27,913 nucleotides of DNA, taken from the UHGV virus genome UHGV-0785300; one strand, given 5' to 3'. Shown piece by piece: positions 8,658 through 18,012 of the stretch. The translations under genes and the position numbers were made by a program. Origin of the DNA: a virus. The notes beneath the pieces are model-generated. The model made no database searches. It saw nothing but the letters and a program-made list of their open reading frames with translations, and had not been told where the DNA came from. Every line of letters begins with the position of its first letter. Positions within the stretch are counted from its first letter, which is position 1.

Positions 8658-9626
8658 ATGGCCGACTTCAAGAAGACAATCGATAAGATCAAGGTTCTGA
8701 ACACGAAGGGATTGTCCCAGGCTCAGAAGCAATTATCTTATCCCCTGGACGTCACTGGGGGTAAGACCTTGGGACACTATGTCCTATTCAACATCAACCG
8801 CATCTCCGGTTCATCTTATGGCAACACGGCTACTCAGACTATCGAGAACCCAATACAGAACCCTCTGGGGAATACTCCTGTGGTCTATGGGTCCAAGTCT
8901 GGTTCCATCACCAAATATGCATGGGCGCGTCACGTTCGTTCAAACGAGTCTATCGTACTTTGTATGCCTGAGTCCATTACAACCAACTATGGTGTTGGCT
9001 GGAACGGTAGCGAGCTGGGGCTGGCTGGTATGGGGGCACAGTTCCTTTCCCGCGCCGCCCAAGACATGACTCAGTTTAAACTGGGTGATGCGCTCAACGT
9101 CGGGAAGGAGATGGGGCGATTCGCTGCCACCAAGGCTATCCAATCTGCGTCGGAGGCTATTCCATTCCTGCCGAGCATTAACGCTCATGACACCCTTGAG
9201 TTGTTCACAGGCACCATGACCAACCCATATGTGGAGATGATCTTCCAGGGTGTTCGCAACCGTGAGATTCCGTTTACATTCAAATTCACGCCGCGATCTC
9301 AGAAGGAAGCCAAGATGGTCCGTGAGATCATCCGCATGTTCAAGATGCATATGTACCCAGAGTACAAGTACAACAAGAATTCCAGCGCGTTTTACTTGCA
9401 TCCTTCAACATTCGACATTACGTTCATGGTCAATGGGGAGCGTAACCAGTGGCTGCACCGCATCTCCACTTGTGACTTTTCCAACATGTTCGTCAACGAG
9501 ACGCCGGACAGTTCATACGCGGTTCACAAAGATGATGGTATCGTGTCCACGCAGGTTGACATGACCTTCATCGAACTGGAGCCTCTGCATAAAGGGCGCT
9601 TTGAAACCGAAGGCGATAGCTTCTAA
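8658..9626 (+). CDS. baseplate/tail-tube junction protein (T4 gp48/gp54 family)
   Basis: FTFKFTPRSQKE resembles the gp48-type FTWDLTPRSTED motif; C-terminal FDITF and a Cys-containing segment also match the family as remembered. Confidence 0.45.
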   Translation: MADFKKTIDKIKVLNTKGLSQAQKQLSYPLDVTGGKTLGHYVLFNINRISGSSYGNTATQTIENPIQNPLGNTPVVYGSKSGSITKYAWARHVRSNESIVLCMPESITTNYGVGWNGSELGLAGMGAQFLSRAAQDMTQFKLGDALNVGKEMGRFAATKAIQSASEAIPFLPSINAHDTLELFTGTMTNPYVEMIFQGVRNREIPFTFKFTPRSQKEAKMVREIIRMFKMHMYPEYKYNKNSSAFYLHPSTFDITFMVNGERNQWLHRISTCDFSNMFVNETPDSSYAVHKDDGIVSTQVDMTFIELEPLHKGRFETEGDSF

Positions 9627-9637
9627 GAGAGGATGCC

Positions 9638-10192
9638 ATGAAATATTTTGAGAAGTTTCCACTTGTTTGGCATCAATTGCAAGATGTCCAAGAGAATGAT
9701 CAGGTGCTGTTACAGAATTTAACGCGCCGGGTGATGATCTTACAGAAAATTAAGGACATCGAAGGGCTTCTCCTGCCGTATACGATCCAAGATGGGGAAA
9801 CCCCAAGGTCTTTCGCAGAACGCGTTTACGGATCCTTCGAGTTGTTTTGGATACCTTGTCTGATAAACGGCATCATGGACATCAATAAGGACTGGCCGAA
9901 ACCGGAACGCCGTATTGTTGAAGAACTGACTGCAGATTACGGCATCGATGGTATGTGGGATACAGCCTATTATGTCGACCAGTTCAACAATGTGACCGAC
10001 GCCCGTGCTATCAAATTTGCATATAACCTAGACCTGGATGAGCCGTCCATAATTGCTAACTATGGTCTGACGGCAGTTTCATACCATGATGATGCAATCA
10101 GTAAGAATGAAGCCAAACGGAACATCCAAGTACTCGACCCAGATTATGTGTCTTCGTTTGTCAATCAGCTGGAGCAGGAGTTGGCGAAATGA
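9638..10192 (+). CDS. hypothetical virion-associated protein with LysM-like motif
   Basis: YTIQDGETPRSFAERVYG fits the LysM pattern (Y-x-V-x-x-GDT-x-x-x-I-A-x-x-Y); lies in the structural gene block. Confidence 0.4.
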   Translation: MKYFEKFPLVWHQLQDVQENDQVLLQNLTRRVMILQKIKDIEGLLLPYTIQDGETPRSFAERVYGSFELFWIPCLINGIMDINKDWPKPERRIVEELTADYGIDGMWDTAYYVDQFNNVTDARAIKFAYNLDLDEPSIIANYGLTAVSYHDDAISKNEAKRNIQVLDPDYVSSFVNQLEQELAK

Positions 10193-11577
10193 TCGAAAAC
10201 AGAGAGACCCAAGACGGTATTGTAACACCGTCAACAACATTTGACCTGAAGTATATGGCGATCCTCCCTCATACACCCCAGGGCGGATCACCAACGCCAT
10301 ATGACCTGACGGCGTTGTTTGAGGAGTTCAACGTCTTCCAGGATCTGGGTCTTGAAGGGAAGTCATCTCCATCACTTACAGCCAATGTCTTGATAAAAGA
10401 AGGGTGGGACATTCTTGACACAATGCCTATCTTGGGTGGTGAAGAAGTTGTGGTGTCATTCAAGAGTCCGGCGGCCTCGGAATACACCACTCTCTCCCTG
10501 CGTGTAGCGCGTGTTGGGCGCGTAGCTGATGAGTCCAACAGCTCGTCCAAGAAAGCATTCTGGTTGCACATGGTGACCACCGATGCCTATAAGGACAGCA
10601 TGATCCGATGCTCCCTCGGTCTTGACGGTTCGTACTCTGACATGGCAAAGACAATCTTCAATCAGTTGGAGTCGCGCACCAAGTTCGAAGACATCGACCC
10701 GTCATATGGAATTCAAGAGCGGTTCGCCACCCCGCTCTGGCCTGTGCTGCGATCTATTGATTATATGGCGAGCCGTTCTTATGACGAATTGTTCATGCCA
10801 TTCGTTTTCTATGAAGACTTCAATGGCTATCACTTCAAGAGCCTGACGACGTTGTTCAACCAGGGTAGCCAGTCATTGACAGCAGAAGAGAAGCAGGAAC
10901 TAGCTCAGCAGAACAAGTTGTTCCGTGATCCTCAGGACGCGCCGCTCATGCAGGATAACAACTTCAACTCTGAGCGCTTTATGCGCACGATCATCAAGGC
11001 AGAGAAGAAGCTGGCGCGTGACCAGTTCATGGCAAACTACCGCGATGTCTTGGCGGTGAACGAGCGCGTCTACGACTTTGAGACCAAGACAGTCACCCCA
11101 ACACAGCGCATCTATACTGAGTGGTTTGCAGAGACGGCTCACCTTGATCCGTTCCCGATGTTCTCAGATGAATTCAATCGTCAGAACGTCCGTTACATTG
11201 AAGCCCAGCCGGATGGAGCGGAGCAGATTGATTATGCTCGTCGTGTTATCAACTTCAGTCTTGCCAGCACTGTGATGCGCGTGTTGCTCGTTGGTGATAA
11301 CCGCCTGAACGTCGGTCAGGTGTTCTACGTCGAAGACCAGTCCAACCGTCCTAAGAAGAACGAAAACCTGGCAGAGTTAAGTAAGCTATCGACAGGCCAC
11401 TATATCGTGACCAAAGTGCGTCACAAGATTTCCCGCCTGACCAAAGATTATCAGTGCATCGCTGAGATTGCCAAGGACAGTTTGCTGGAGCAGGTGCTTC
11501 CACCTCAGACCAATCAGACAACTGCTTCCACCACTACTCCTCAGGCGATTGAGAAAGGCCAAGCACAGAAGGTTTAA
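10189..11577 (+). CDS. hypothetical structural (baseplate/tail) protein (462 aa)
   Basis: ATGA overlap with the upstream gene; position between the gp48-like and tape-measure-like genes; no confident motif. Confidence 0.4.
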   Translation: MIENRETQDGIVTPSTTFDLKYMAILPHTPQGGSPTPYDLTALFEEFNVFQDLGLEGKSSPSLTANVLIKEGWDILDTMPILGGEEVVVSFKSPAASEYTTLSLRVARVGRVADESNSSSKKAFWLHMVTTDAYKDSMIRCSLGLDGSYSDMAKTIFNQLESRTKFEDIDPSYGIQERFATPLWPVLRSIDYMASRSYDELFMPFVFYEDFNGYHFKSLTTLFNQGSQSLTAEEKQELAQQNKLFRDPQDAPLMQDNNFNSERFMRTIIKAEKKLARDQFMANYRDVLAVNERVYDFETKTVTPTQRIYTEWFAETAHLDPFPMFSDEFNRQNVRYIEAQPDGAEQIDYARRVINFSLASTVMRVLLVGDNRLNVGQVFYVEDQSNRPKKNENLAELSKLSTGHYIVTKVRHKISRLTKDYQCIAEIAKDSLLEQVLPPQTNQTTASTTTPQAIEKGQAQKV

Positions 11578-11588
11578 CGAGGTGACCC

Positions 11589-13535
11589 ATGGCACAGGAA
11601 GCAACGAACAATGATGTTGTCAAAGTTCTAGACAAGATCAAGGCGGAGATGATGCAGCGCAAACAACTCCGCGCTCAGAATGAAACCAACAAACAGCTTG
11701 ACCGGATGAACAAGAATCTGGCCAAGCTGGAATCTGCCACCAAACAGGGCACCAAGGCCGAGTCCAAGCCATTTGAAATCCGTATCCCGACAGTCAATGA
11801 GATCGTCATGGGATTCGCTCGCATGTCTCCGATCTTCACCCGCGACTTCAGCGTATGGATGAAGGATACTGTCGATGTGGGTAACGAAGGCAATCGGGAA
11901 CTGGAGAACATCGCAGGCAAGATTGACCGCCTCGGTGAGATCACCCGCATGCCAACAGATGACACGTCCTTGGAGTATCTTAACCTGATCTCAGACCAGC
12001 TGAAGTCTGCCAATGATGACACCCTCAAGCGCATGGACGAGCAGAGTGTGTCTCTGGTCCGCGTGGGATCATTCTTGAACATGATCGACGGGGTGATGAT
12101 CGAGGTTCGTGACGATGTTGCTGAACTGAAAAAGAACTCCGATGACACCCTTACTCGCTTGTCTAGCATTGAAAACAAGATTGGGCGCACGGGTGGTCAT
12201 ATCGTTGGAGTGTTGACACGCATCTTTGATGAAGACCAGAAGTGGCGTGAGAAGGACGAGATGCGCCGTGGGGAAACCGACAAAGAAACGGGTGGTCATC
12301 CTCAGGCGGGTTCTGTTATACCCAAAGACGATGACCAGAAAGACGATTCCTCCGGTATCGGGGCGGCGGTGGCGGCCATGCTTGGCCTGAATGCACTGAA
12401 GGGCTTCTTGCTCAAGCCGTTCAAGATCATCGGTGGTGTTGTCGGGACTTTCCTCGGCATGTTCTCCAAGCTGGGAGAAGGTATCACCAAACTTCTGGGC
12501 CCATTTGGGAAGGTGTTCAAGTTCCTGAAAGTCGGCCCACTGGCTCTCCTGTCTATGATCTGGGACTTCGGTAAAGGCTTCATTGATGCGAAGGAGATCC
12601 TGGGTAAAGGTGCTGTCACGATAGTTGACCGAGTACGGGCGGGGATATCAGAACTGGTTGGTGGATTTGGTGATCTATTTGACTGGGTGTCCAAGATCTT
12701 TGGCTTTGATACCGAGGCGGGTGAAACCCTGCGCAAATACACCCTCATGATCACTGAGGCTCCCGCTCGTTGGCTGAATGGTATTATCGACTGGATTAGC
12801 AACGACTTGTTTGCAGGGATCGGGAGAGACACGTCTCTTACGGATATCCCTGGCAAGTTAGCAGACAACCTACAGTCCGAGTTGATGAAGCTGGTAGACT
12901 GGATCACAGGGGGTATCAGTAGTGTGATCGACGAGGGCATGGGTGTGGCCAACAAGGTCATTGACGATATCAAGAAGGGATTTGCCGAAAATGTGAAGAA
13001 ACCTTTCTTCAATATGCTGAACACAATCACCAATGCGATGTTCGATATCGTTGACAAGTTCGTCAGCATCATCCCTGACGCTCTGGGTGGACAGACTGCG
13101 AAGCAGAAGATGGATGAGGCTCGCCAGTCTATGCTGATTGACACTGATGAGAATCCATCTCCTAATGTGACAGAGACCCAGCAGCCACAGACGCCAGCAC
13201 AACCGAACATCGATCCACAAACGCTGACTCCAATACCTTCTGGTGCGTCTTCGGATGACAAGAATATGACTAATGACCGCACCTCTCAGCTGAAAGCTGC
13301 GTATGGTTCTATCGGGGGTGGTACTCTGGGCGGGGCCATGCCATCACAAGGGAGGGCGCTGTCTAATATTGAGCAAGTACAAGGCGGCTATTCACCGCCT
13401 CCAGCCAGCGTCGTGATGCCAGTACAGCAGAATGTGGATGCTTCTAAGAGGATCAACACGACCAATAACTTCAACAGCTCATATCTTGAGCCTGAGAACA
13501 AAACAGATAATTCCCGCATCCTGTGGGAATGGTAA
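11589..13535 (+). CDS. putative tail tape-measure-like protein (648 aa)
   Basis: N-terminal coiled-coil-like charged region, then a Gly-rich hydrophobic segment (GIGAAVAAMLGLNALKGFLLKPFKIIGGVVGTFLGMF...) typical of tape-measure proteins; GAGGTGA SD. Confidence 0.35.
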   Translation: MAQEATNNDVVKVLDKIKAEMMQRKQLRAQNETNKQLDRMNKNLAKLESATKQGTKAESKPFEIRIPTVNEIVMGFARMSPIFTRDFSVWMKDTVDVGNEGNRELENIAGKIDRLGEITRMPTDDTSLEYLNLISDQLKSANDDTLKRMDEQSVSLVRVGSFLNMIDGVMIEVRDDVAELKKNSDDTLTRLSSIENKIGRTGGHIVGVLTRIFDEDQKWREKDEMRRGETDKETGGHPQAGSVIPKDDDQKDDSSGIGAAVAAMLGLNALKGFLLKPFKIIGGVVGTFLGMFSKLGEGITKLLGPFGKVFKFLKVGPLALLSMIWDFGKGFIDAKEILGKGAVTIVDRVRAGISELVGGFGDLFDWVSKIFGFDTEAGETLRKYTLMITEAPARWLNGIIDWISNDLFAGIGRDTSLTDIPGKLADNLQSELMKLVDWITGGISSVIDEGMGVANKVIDDIKKGFAENVKKPFFNMLNTITNAMFDIVDKFVSIIPDALGGQTAKQKMDEARQSMLIDTDENPSPNVTETQQPQTPAQPNIDPQTLTPIPSGASSDDKNMTNDRTSQLKAAYGSIGGGTLGGAMPSQGRALSNIEQVQGGYSPPPASVVMPVQQNVDASKRINTTNNFNSSYLEPENKTDNSRILWEW

Positions 13536-14195
13536 TCAGATTCCGTGGGCTTGTATTAGCTCACGGAGTCTCTGTTTTGAATATGTGGTATCCTCATCCG
13601 GAACCACAGCATTCGTCTTCCTGAGCAAGAACGCCTCTGAGTTCCAGTAGATGTCATCACGCAGAATCGTATCGTATAGATGAATGAACCCAACGATCTT
13701 GTTCAGACCGACAAGGAACCAAATCGGGAACTTCTTGATGATGATGTCTGTTAGCAACGGTGGATGACCTGTACCCGTCCCCTTGATGTACTCAATGAAG
13801 GTACAGTTGCGCTCCCTTATGGCAGGGATCATCTCCCGCTCGAACTCCTCAAGGAAGTTATATGTGAAGTTCTCGTACAGCTTACGGTATTCATCATAAT
13901 TGGCCTGAGCCTGGCGTGTAAGCAATGTCGTCACCCAGGTCTTGGGTGATTTGATGAAGTTGGCAATGATGTAGTTCTCTACCACTTCACCCTGTGATGA
14001 CTCGAACCGACGGGCAAGGCGAGCAAACTGTTTGCACACGGCCTCCTTCGCCAAGAACGTCTCGAACTTGTAATTCATAGGTCCATACAAGCTGTAATCG
14101 AAGTCCTTAGTGGTGAAGTGCAGCTTGATCGCCATGAAGACACAGTAAACGTTGAACGCCCGCTCGAACTCCATCTTCTGCCACTCTGTTAGCAT
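13536..14195 (-). CDS. putative helicase-loading protein (T4 gp59-like)
   Basis: Weak remembered similarity to gp59 (NVYCVFMAIKLHF..., ENYIIANFIKSPKTW...); convergent with the structural block. Confidence 0.4.
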   Translation of the reverse strand: MLTEWQKMEFERAFNVYCVFMAIKLHFTTKDFDYSLYGPMNYKFETFLAKEAVCKQFARLARRFESSQGEVVENYIIANFIKSPKTWVTTLLTRQAQANYDEYRKLYENFTYNFLEEFEREMIPAIRERNCTFIEYIKGTGTGHPPLLTDIIIKKFPIWFLVGLNKIVGFIHLYDTILRDDIYWNSEAFLLRKTNAVVPDEDTTYSKQRLRELIQAHGI

Positions 14196-14443
14196 TTGCG
14201 TTCCTCTTCTTTAATAAATTGCAATAACTCTTCCATCAGCCCTTTCTTCTTGATGAACTGTAACACCAGGATGAAGCGACGGAAGGAGCGGGGGACAACA
14301 CGATAACCCTTCGCCCAGTAGTTCACAACATTAGAACAATCCAATAAACGAGCCAGCCCAGATTGTGACACCCCGAGGCTCAGCAGAACCTTGTACATGT
14401 ACTTCTTGTCATTTACCGGAAGCTCTTTCATTCTTAAACTCAT
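14189..14443 (-). CDS. small HTH (Cro/XRE-like) DNA-binding protein
   Basis: LGVSQSGLARLLDCSNVVNYWAKG matches the XRE-type HTH pattern. Confidence 0.4.
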   Translation of the reverse strand: MSLRMKELPVNDKKYMYKVLLSLGVSQSGLARLLDCSNVVNYWAKGYRVVPRSFRRFILVLQFIKKKGLMEELLQFIKEEERKC

Positions 14444-14666
14444 GATACTTGTCCGCTAATGTCTTGTAATATTTGTTAGGATTATACTCCTGTTTGGAAT
14501 AGTGAAGAGTAAGGGAAGCACTCAGACCTAGGATAATCACGACAACGAGCGCCTTGTGGTTATTGATCTCGGGAATAGCTATCCACACCAGCAGCATCAC
14601 AAGCGAGCTGATAATCAAGGACAGCAAGAACGTTAATGCAATCACCAATGCGAATAGCTCGTCCAT
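14409..14666 (-). CDS. small membrane protein (85 aa, two predicted TM helices)
   Basis: Hydrophobic segments LFALVIALTFLLSLIISSLVMLLVWIAI and ALVVVIILGLSASLTL. Confidence 0.35.
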   Translation of the reverse strand: MDELFALVIALTFLLSLIISSLVMLLVWIAIPEINNHKALVVVIILGLSASLTLHYSKQEYNPNKYYKTLADKYHEFKNERASGK

Positions 14667-14670
14667 CAGA

Positions 14671-14904
14671 TCACACCTCTTTGTGATTCTTCATCTTGCG
14701 AACAGTGCCCACAAACCCAAGATCCTTCCCGCAATGGGTGCAGATAGCATGGCAAGCATGGTTCTCACGATAGGTGCTGTGTTTGCAGCGCCATTGCTTG
14801 AACGCCGGACGGGCAACTAGGATCACGGCGATCAAGAAGACGATGCCGGATATCTGAAGTTCAACCAAGAACTTCGCCCACCAGAAACTCATACACTCAC
14901 CCAT
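14671..14904 (-). CDS. small membrane-anchored Cys/His-rich protein
   Basis: Start placed at the ATG overlapping the ligase stop; TM helix ISGIVFLIAVILVA then CxH...CxHxxCxHC. Confidence 0.3.
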   Translation of the reverse strand: MGECMSFWWAKFLVELQISGIVFLIAVILVARPAFKQWRCKHSTYRENHACHAICTHCGKDLGFVGTVRKMKNHKEV

Positions 14905-16327
14905 TACTCTTCTCCAACAGGAATGCGATGTTTTCGATGTACGCTTTCTGTATCGCATAGACTTCATCCAGTGTGTTGGCCACTTTCTTGTCAATGCGGA
15001 CTTCTACAAGGCGAGGTAGGAACAAAGACTTCATCGCATCATCGGTCTTATCCTGTACGCCATTGGAGAGCACTGCGGCGATCTTGCCAATGTAGTCGCC
15101 CTGGTTCTCCCACATATGGCGTCTCAGCTCATCTGAGATCCCTGATACGCCAACAACAAGCAGGCTGTCGGAAGTTTTACAAATCAGTGAGCCAAAAGTC
15201 TTGGCGTGTTTACCCTTCTTGTCAGCCTCGTTGAAGCCCACGATTTCAAGGTCACACTCAACCTCCATCTTCAGCTTCAGACCTTCAGAAGAAGTACCAT
15301 CTTCCCACGGCATGTCTGCGGCCTTACATATCGTGCCTTCTTCTTTGCGAGCCAGCGCGTCTTTGAAGTGGTCGACGGCTTCGGCAAATGAGTGAACAAC
15401 GCGGGTTTCTTGAACCTGAACCAGACCGTCGTCTTCATCAAACAGTTGCTGGATAATATCGAAGCGGCGCTCATACGGGGTGTCCACGCGCTGGGCGTTG
15501 AACCAGTTGTCGTACGGGATAACATCCCACACCCGGTAGATCACCCGATAACGATCTTCTAGGGGTTCTCCTGTCTGAATCACGCTGTTGAGTTTACCGT
15601 TACCGACAGCACGAGGCAGGATGGTATTCGACTTGAGGTCAACAACGAGAAGTTCACCATGGAACACACTCTCACCAATCCCCGCATCGTAGATCAGGTC
15701 TTTGAACACCAGTGAAAGGTTATCAACCGAACCACCTGCGATAAGGGAACCGGAGCGAGAGCGAATCTCAGGCTCTTTATTGTACCGACATATGATGTTG
15801 GCGAACATGCCGTCTGACTTCAGCTGGCTGTAGACGCCGCGCTTGAAGTCCATCTTCTTCAGCAGGTCAATCGTCATGTTGTCATAACGATGATACGGAA
15901 GAATGTTGATCAGGCGTCCAGTGCCTCCGGCGGCGTTGAATGCAGCGTTGATGCCCTTCTCAGCGATACCCGCCTTGATATCACGGTCTAGGATCATCTG
16001 AATGAGTTCGTGGTATTGGGGGTCCATCTTCAGGGCGACAGAGGCCAACAGGGCATCAGCCTTTTGGCCACCGACAAGGCGCTGCGCCATCTGGTCGAGG
16101 ACGCCATAGACTTCGCTGATGTCATCAGTCTTCTCACGGACGAGCATGCGAGGGTACGCGCTGAGCTTCAACTCAGTCCGATAGAACGACGTCATTGGGT
16201 CATAGACATATTGCAGGAAGTCTGCCAAGTCTGGGTTGTTCTTGAATGCTTCGGTCAGCACAGCTTTCTTCGCATTGCTGCCTTTGGTTTCGCGAAGTCG
16301 GTGGACTGTTTCAAGGATAGGGATCAT
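14897..16327 (-). CDS. ATP-dependent DNA ligase (T4 gp30-like)
   Basis: Adenylation motif I LKSDG (KxDG) in YSQLKSDGMFANI; N-terminal ILETVHRL...GSNAKKAVL resembles the T4 ligase N-terminus; 476 aa. Confidence 0.8.
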   Translation of the reverse strand: MIPILETVHRLRETKGSNAKKAVLTEAFKNNPDLADFLQYVYDPMTSFYRTELKLSAYPRMLVREKTDDISEVYGVLDQMAQRLVGGQKADALLASVALKMDPQYHELIQMILDRDIKAGIAEKGINAAFNAAGGTGRLINILPYHRYDNMTIDLLKKMDFKRGVYSQLKSDGMFANIICRYNKEPEIRSRSGSLIAGGSVDNLSLVFKDLIYDAGIGESVFHGELLVVDLKSNTILPRAVGNGKLNSVIQTGEPLEDRYRVIYRVWDVIPYDNWFNAQRVDTPYERRFDIIQQLFDEDDGLVQVQETRVVHSFAEAVDHFKDALARKEEGTICKAADMPWEDGTSSEGLKLKMEVECDLEIVGFNEADKKGKHAKTFGSLICKTSDSLLVVGVSGISDELRRHMWENQGDYIGKIAAVLSNGVQDKTDDAMKSLFLPRLVEVRIDKKVANTLDEVYAIQKAYIENIAFLLEKSNG

Positions 16328-16336
16328 GTGGTGTCT

Positions 16337-16369
16337 CCAGGGTTATATGTGCTGTTATTATAACCCTGG
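16337..16369 (-). promoter_or_regulatory. 11-bp perfect stem-loop in the ligase 5' leader, overlapping the SD
   Basis: CCAGGGTTATA-(11 nt)-TATAACCCTGG; the 3' arm ends in ...CCCUGG and runs directly into GAGACACCAC-AUG, so the GGAGA SD is partly inside the stem. Confidence 0.4.
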
Positions 16370-16441
16370 GGACTTCAATAGATTATTGGCGGGTGTGGGA
16401 TCTTGCTTGGCTGATAATGACCGCAAATGTTTCTGTATCCA

Positions 16442-16975
16442 TCATGAACCCTCCGCCCAGACAAAGCCGTATTTGTTCAGTAGATCCACGGTTTCACCAC
16501 GAGCGCGAGCCACGATAGATTCTACTGATTCTTCCACCTCGAGTGGTGGGCAACCAGCCTTTTCGTACGTGTTAAGCAAGAGAGCAAGTTCTTTTACGAA
16601 CTCTTCTTGTTCCTCTCCTCCAAAGAACCACATCCGCAGATCGTCGCGTTCCCCGTGCTTGTTCAGAGAAGCCATATTCACGTACACGTAATCGTTTTTC
16701 TGAACAACGTCATTTATCTCCGGCCAATGCAACCCAGTCATCGCATAATTGAAGAATTCCGAAGGGGTGACTTCATCCGACAAATAATACAAACGGAAGT
16801 CACCGCTGGGGCCATGTTTGCAAGTTCTATCCAGCATTATTTTGTGGATGTCAACACGGTCTCGCTTCAAGACTTCCCGTTTCTTCAGTCGACCTCTCAG
16901 CCAGGCACTGCCAATACACAAAAGAACGAAAGCAGTAGCACCAGTGAGTATGTTGAAAGAATCAATAATGTTCAT
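16442..16975 (-). CDS. membrane-anchored hypothetical protein
   Basis: Start set at the internal ATG (MNIIDSF..., GGGGA SD) because the first ATG lies inside a hairpin; N-terminal TM helix ILTGATAFVLLCIGSAW. Confidence 0.4.
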   Translation of the reverse strand: MNIIDSFNILTGATAFVLLCIGSAWLRGRLKKREVLKRDRVDIHKIMLDRTCKHGPSGDFRLYYLSDEVTPSEFFNYAMTGLHWPEINDVVQKNDYVYVNMASLNKHGERDDLRMWFFGGEEQEEFVKELALLLNTYEKAGCPPLEVEESVESIVARARGETVDLLNKYGFVWAEGS

Positions 16976-16992
16976 AAGATCCCCGAAGTGAT

Positions 16993-17012
16993 AGAGGGGC
17001 ATAAGCCCCTCT
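16993..17012 (-). promoter_or_regulatory. intercistronic GC-rich stem-loop (AGAGGGGC-N4-GCCCCUCU)
   Basis: Perfect 8-bp inverted repeat between the PspA-like stop and the next gene; no U-tract. Confidence 0.35.
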
Positions 17013-17016
17013 GATG

Positions 17017-17625
17017 TTATTTGCTCAGGCTGGCGAGGTAGTTGTCGGCTTCGATAGACGACGGGCTGTTGGCGGAGTAGCTCGAATCAGCGATTTCGGT
17101 TTCGCGCAGGATGGCATCGATATCGATGGTGGTCATACCAGCGGCATAATCGATATCTTCAGGGAGCACCAGACCCAGGTCGTTCGTCTCTTTCTGAACA
17201 CGAACCAGCTCGAGATTGGACTTGACTTCGTCCAGTTTGTCACCCAGCTGGATGATCGCACCGTTCAGTTTGTCGCTGCTTGCTTCGATGTCCTTCACCT
17301 GAGACAACAGGGCTTCACCGATACGGCGGCGATGCAGAATAATCAGGGCGTCGGCGCGGGTTGGTGTGACACCACGAGCGATGGCATCCTTCAGAACTTC
17401 TTCGCGCTTGGCGGCTTCACTCAGGTTCTGTTCTGCGGTCTTCTTCAGCTTGACGCCGTTGCGGACGTTGGTGACACGGGCTTCCTCCAGGCGACGGATT
17501 TCGTCAGACAGCTTGCGAGCAGCCAGGTTCAGGCGCTTTTCGGTGTCGGTCAGTTTATCCAGACTTGTGGTGACGTTGGCTTCAACAGTGGTGAAGATGC
17601 GTTTCAGTAAGTTTTTCAGTGACAT
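17017..17625 (-). CDS. PspA/IM30 (phage-shock protein A)-like coiled-coil protein
   Basis: N-terminal FTTVEANVTTSLDKLTDTEKRL resembles the PspA [21 protein letters not shown] motif; heptad-like charged helices throughout; about 200 aa. Confidence 0.45.
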   Translation of the reverse strand: MSLKNLLKRIFTTVEANVTTSLDKLTDTEKRLNLAARKLSDEIRRLEEARVTNVRNGVKLKKTAEQNLSEAAKREEVLKDAIARGVTPTRADALIILHRRRIGEALLSQVKDIEASSDKLNGAIIQLGDKLDEVKSNLELVRVQKETNDLGLVLPEDIDYAAGMTTIDIDAILRETEIADSSYSANSPSSIEADNYLASLSK

Positions 17626-17642
17626 CAGTGTGTAGTCCTCAG

Positions 17643-17984
17643 TTATTTCTTCGGGGGTTCAATTGAGGTGAAAGAATCCTTCCAACTCTTGAATTTTTCA
17701 ACCAGGGCTTCTTTACCCAGCTCGTCATTTGACACGCTGTGAATATAGGCGAATGCTCCATAGCCGTATCCTGGCATAGCCTTGCAGATGCGCAGACTGA
17801 CCAAAGAATCTCCTACGGAAACAAGATAGTGGTCACGACGATTGTTCAGGGCATAGTGGTTGTCGTGAAACTTGTCAACAATAACACAGTTCTGAGGTTC
17901 GACGTCAATCGGTAGCCCGTTGGCTTCGGATCCGCCGCGCCCAAGTACGCAGCCTGGGAATAATGTTTCTACGAGTGTAGTCAT
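17643..17984 (-). CDS. hypothetical protein (113 aa)
   Basis: ORF with AGAAGGAA SD; preceded by a promoter-like element. Confidence 0.4.
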   Translation of the reverse strand: MTTLVETLFPGCVLGRGGSEANGLPIDVEPQNCVIVDKFHDNHYALNNRRDHYLVSVGDSLVSLRICKAMPGYGYGAFAYIHSVSNDELGKEALVEKFKSWKDSFTSIEPPKK

Positions 17985-18012
17985 GGTCTGTTCCTTCTGT
18001 AAGTTCCCATGT

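Noticed and set aside
12302-13282. 326-aa minus-strand ORF inside the tape-measure-like gene
   Set aside because: It is antisense to a long, well-supported plus-strand ORF, has Ser/Pro/Ala-rich low-complexity translation, and has no SD or motif; typical antisense artefact.
13553-13568. Imperfect hairpin (CCGTGGGC...GCTCACGG) at the convergent gene junction as a bidirectional terminator
   Set aside because: It lies inside the 3' coding region of the gp59-like gene and needs a G-U pair; the two convergent ORFs abut with no intergenic space, so the terminator call is unsupported.
17014-17610. 198-aa plus-strand ORF antisense to the PspA-like gene
   Set aside because: It lies in a minus-strand operon; its translation is Gly/Val/Asp-rich without motifs, while the minus-strand product has a PspA-like signature and proper coupling signals.
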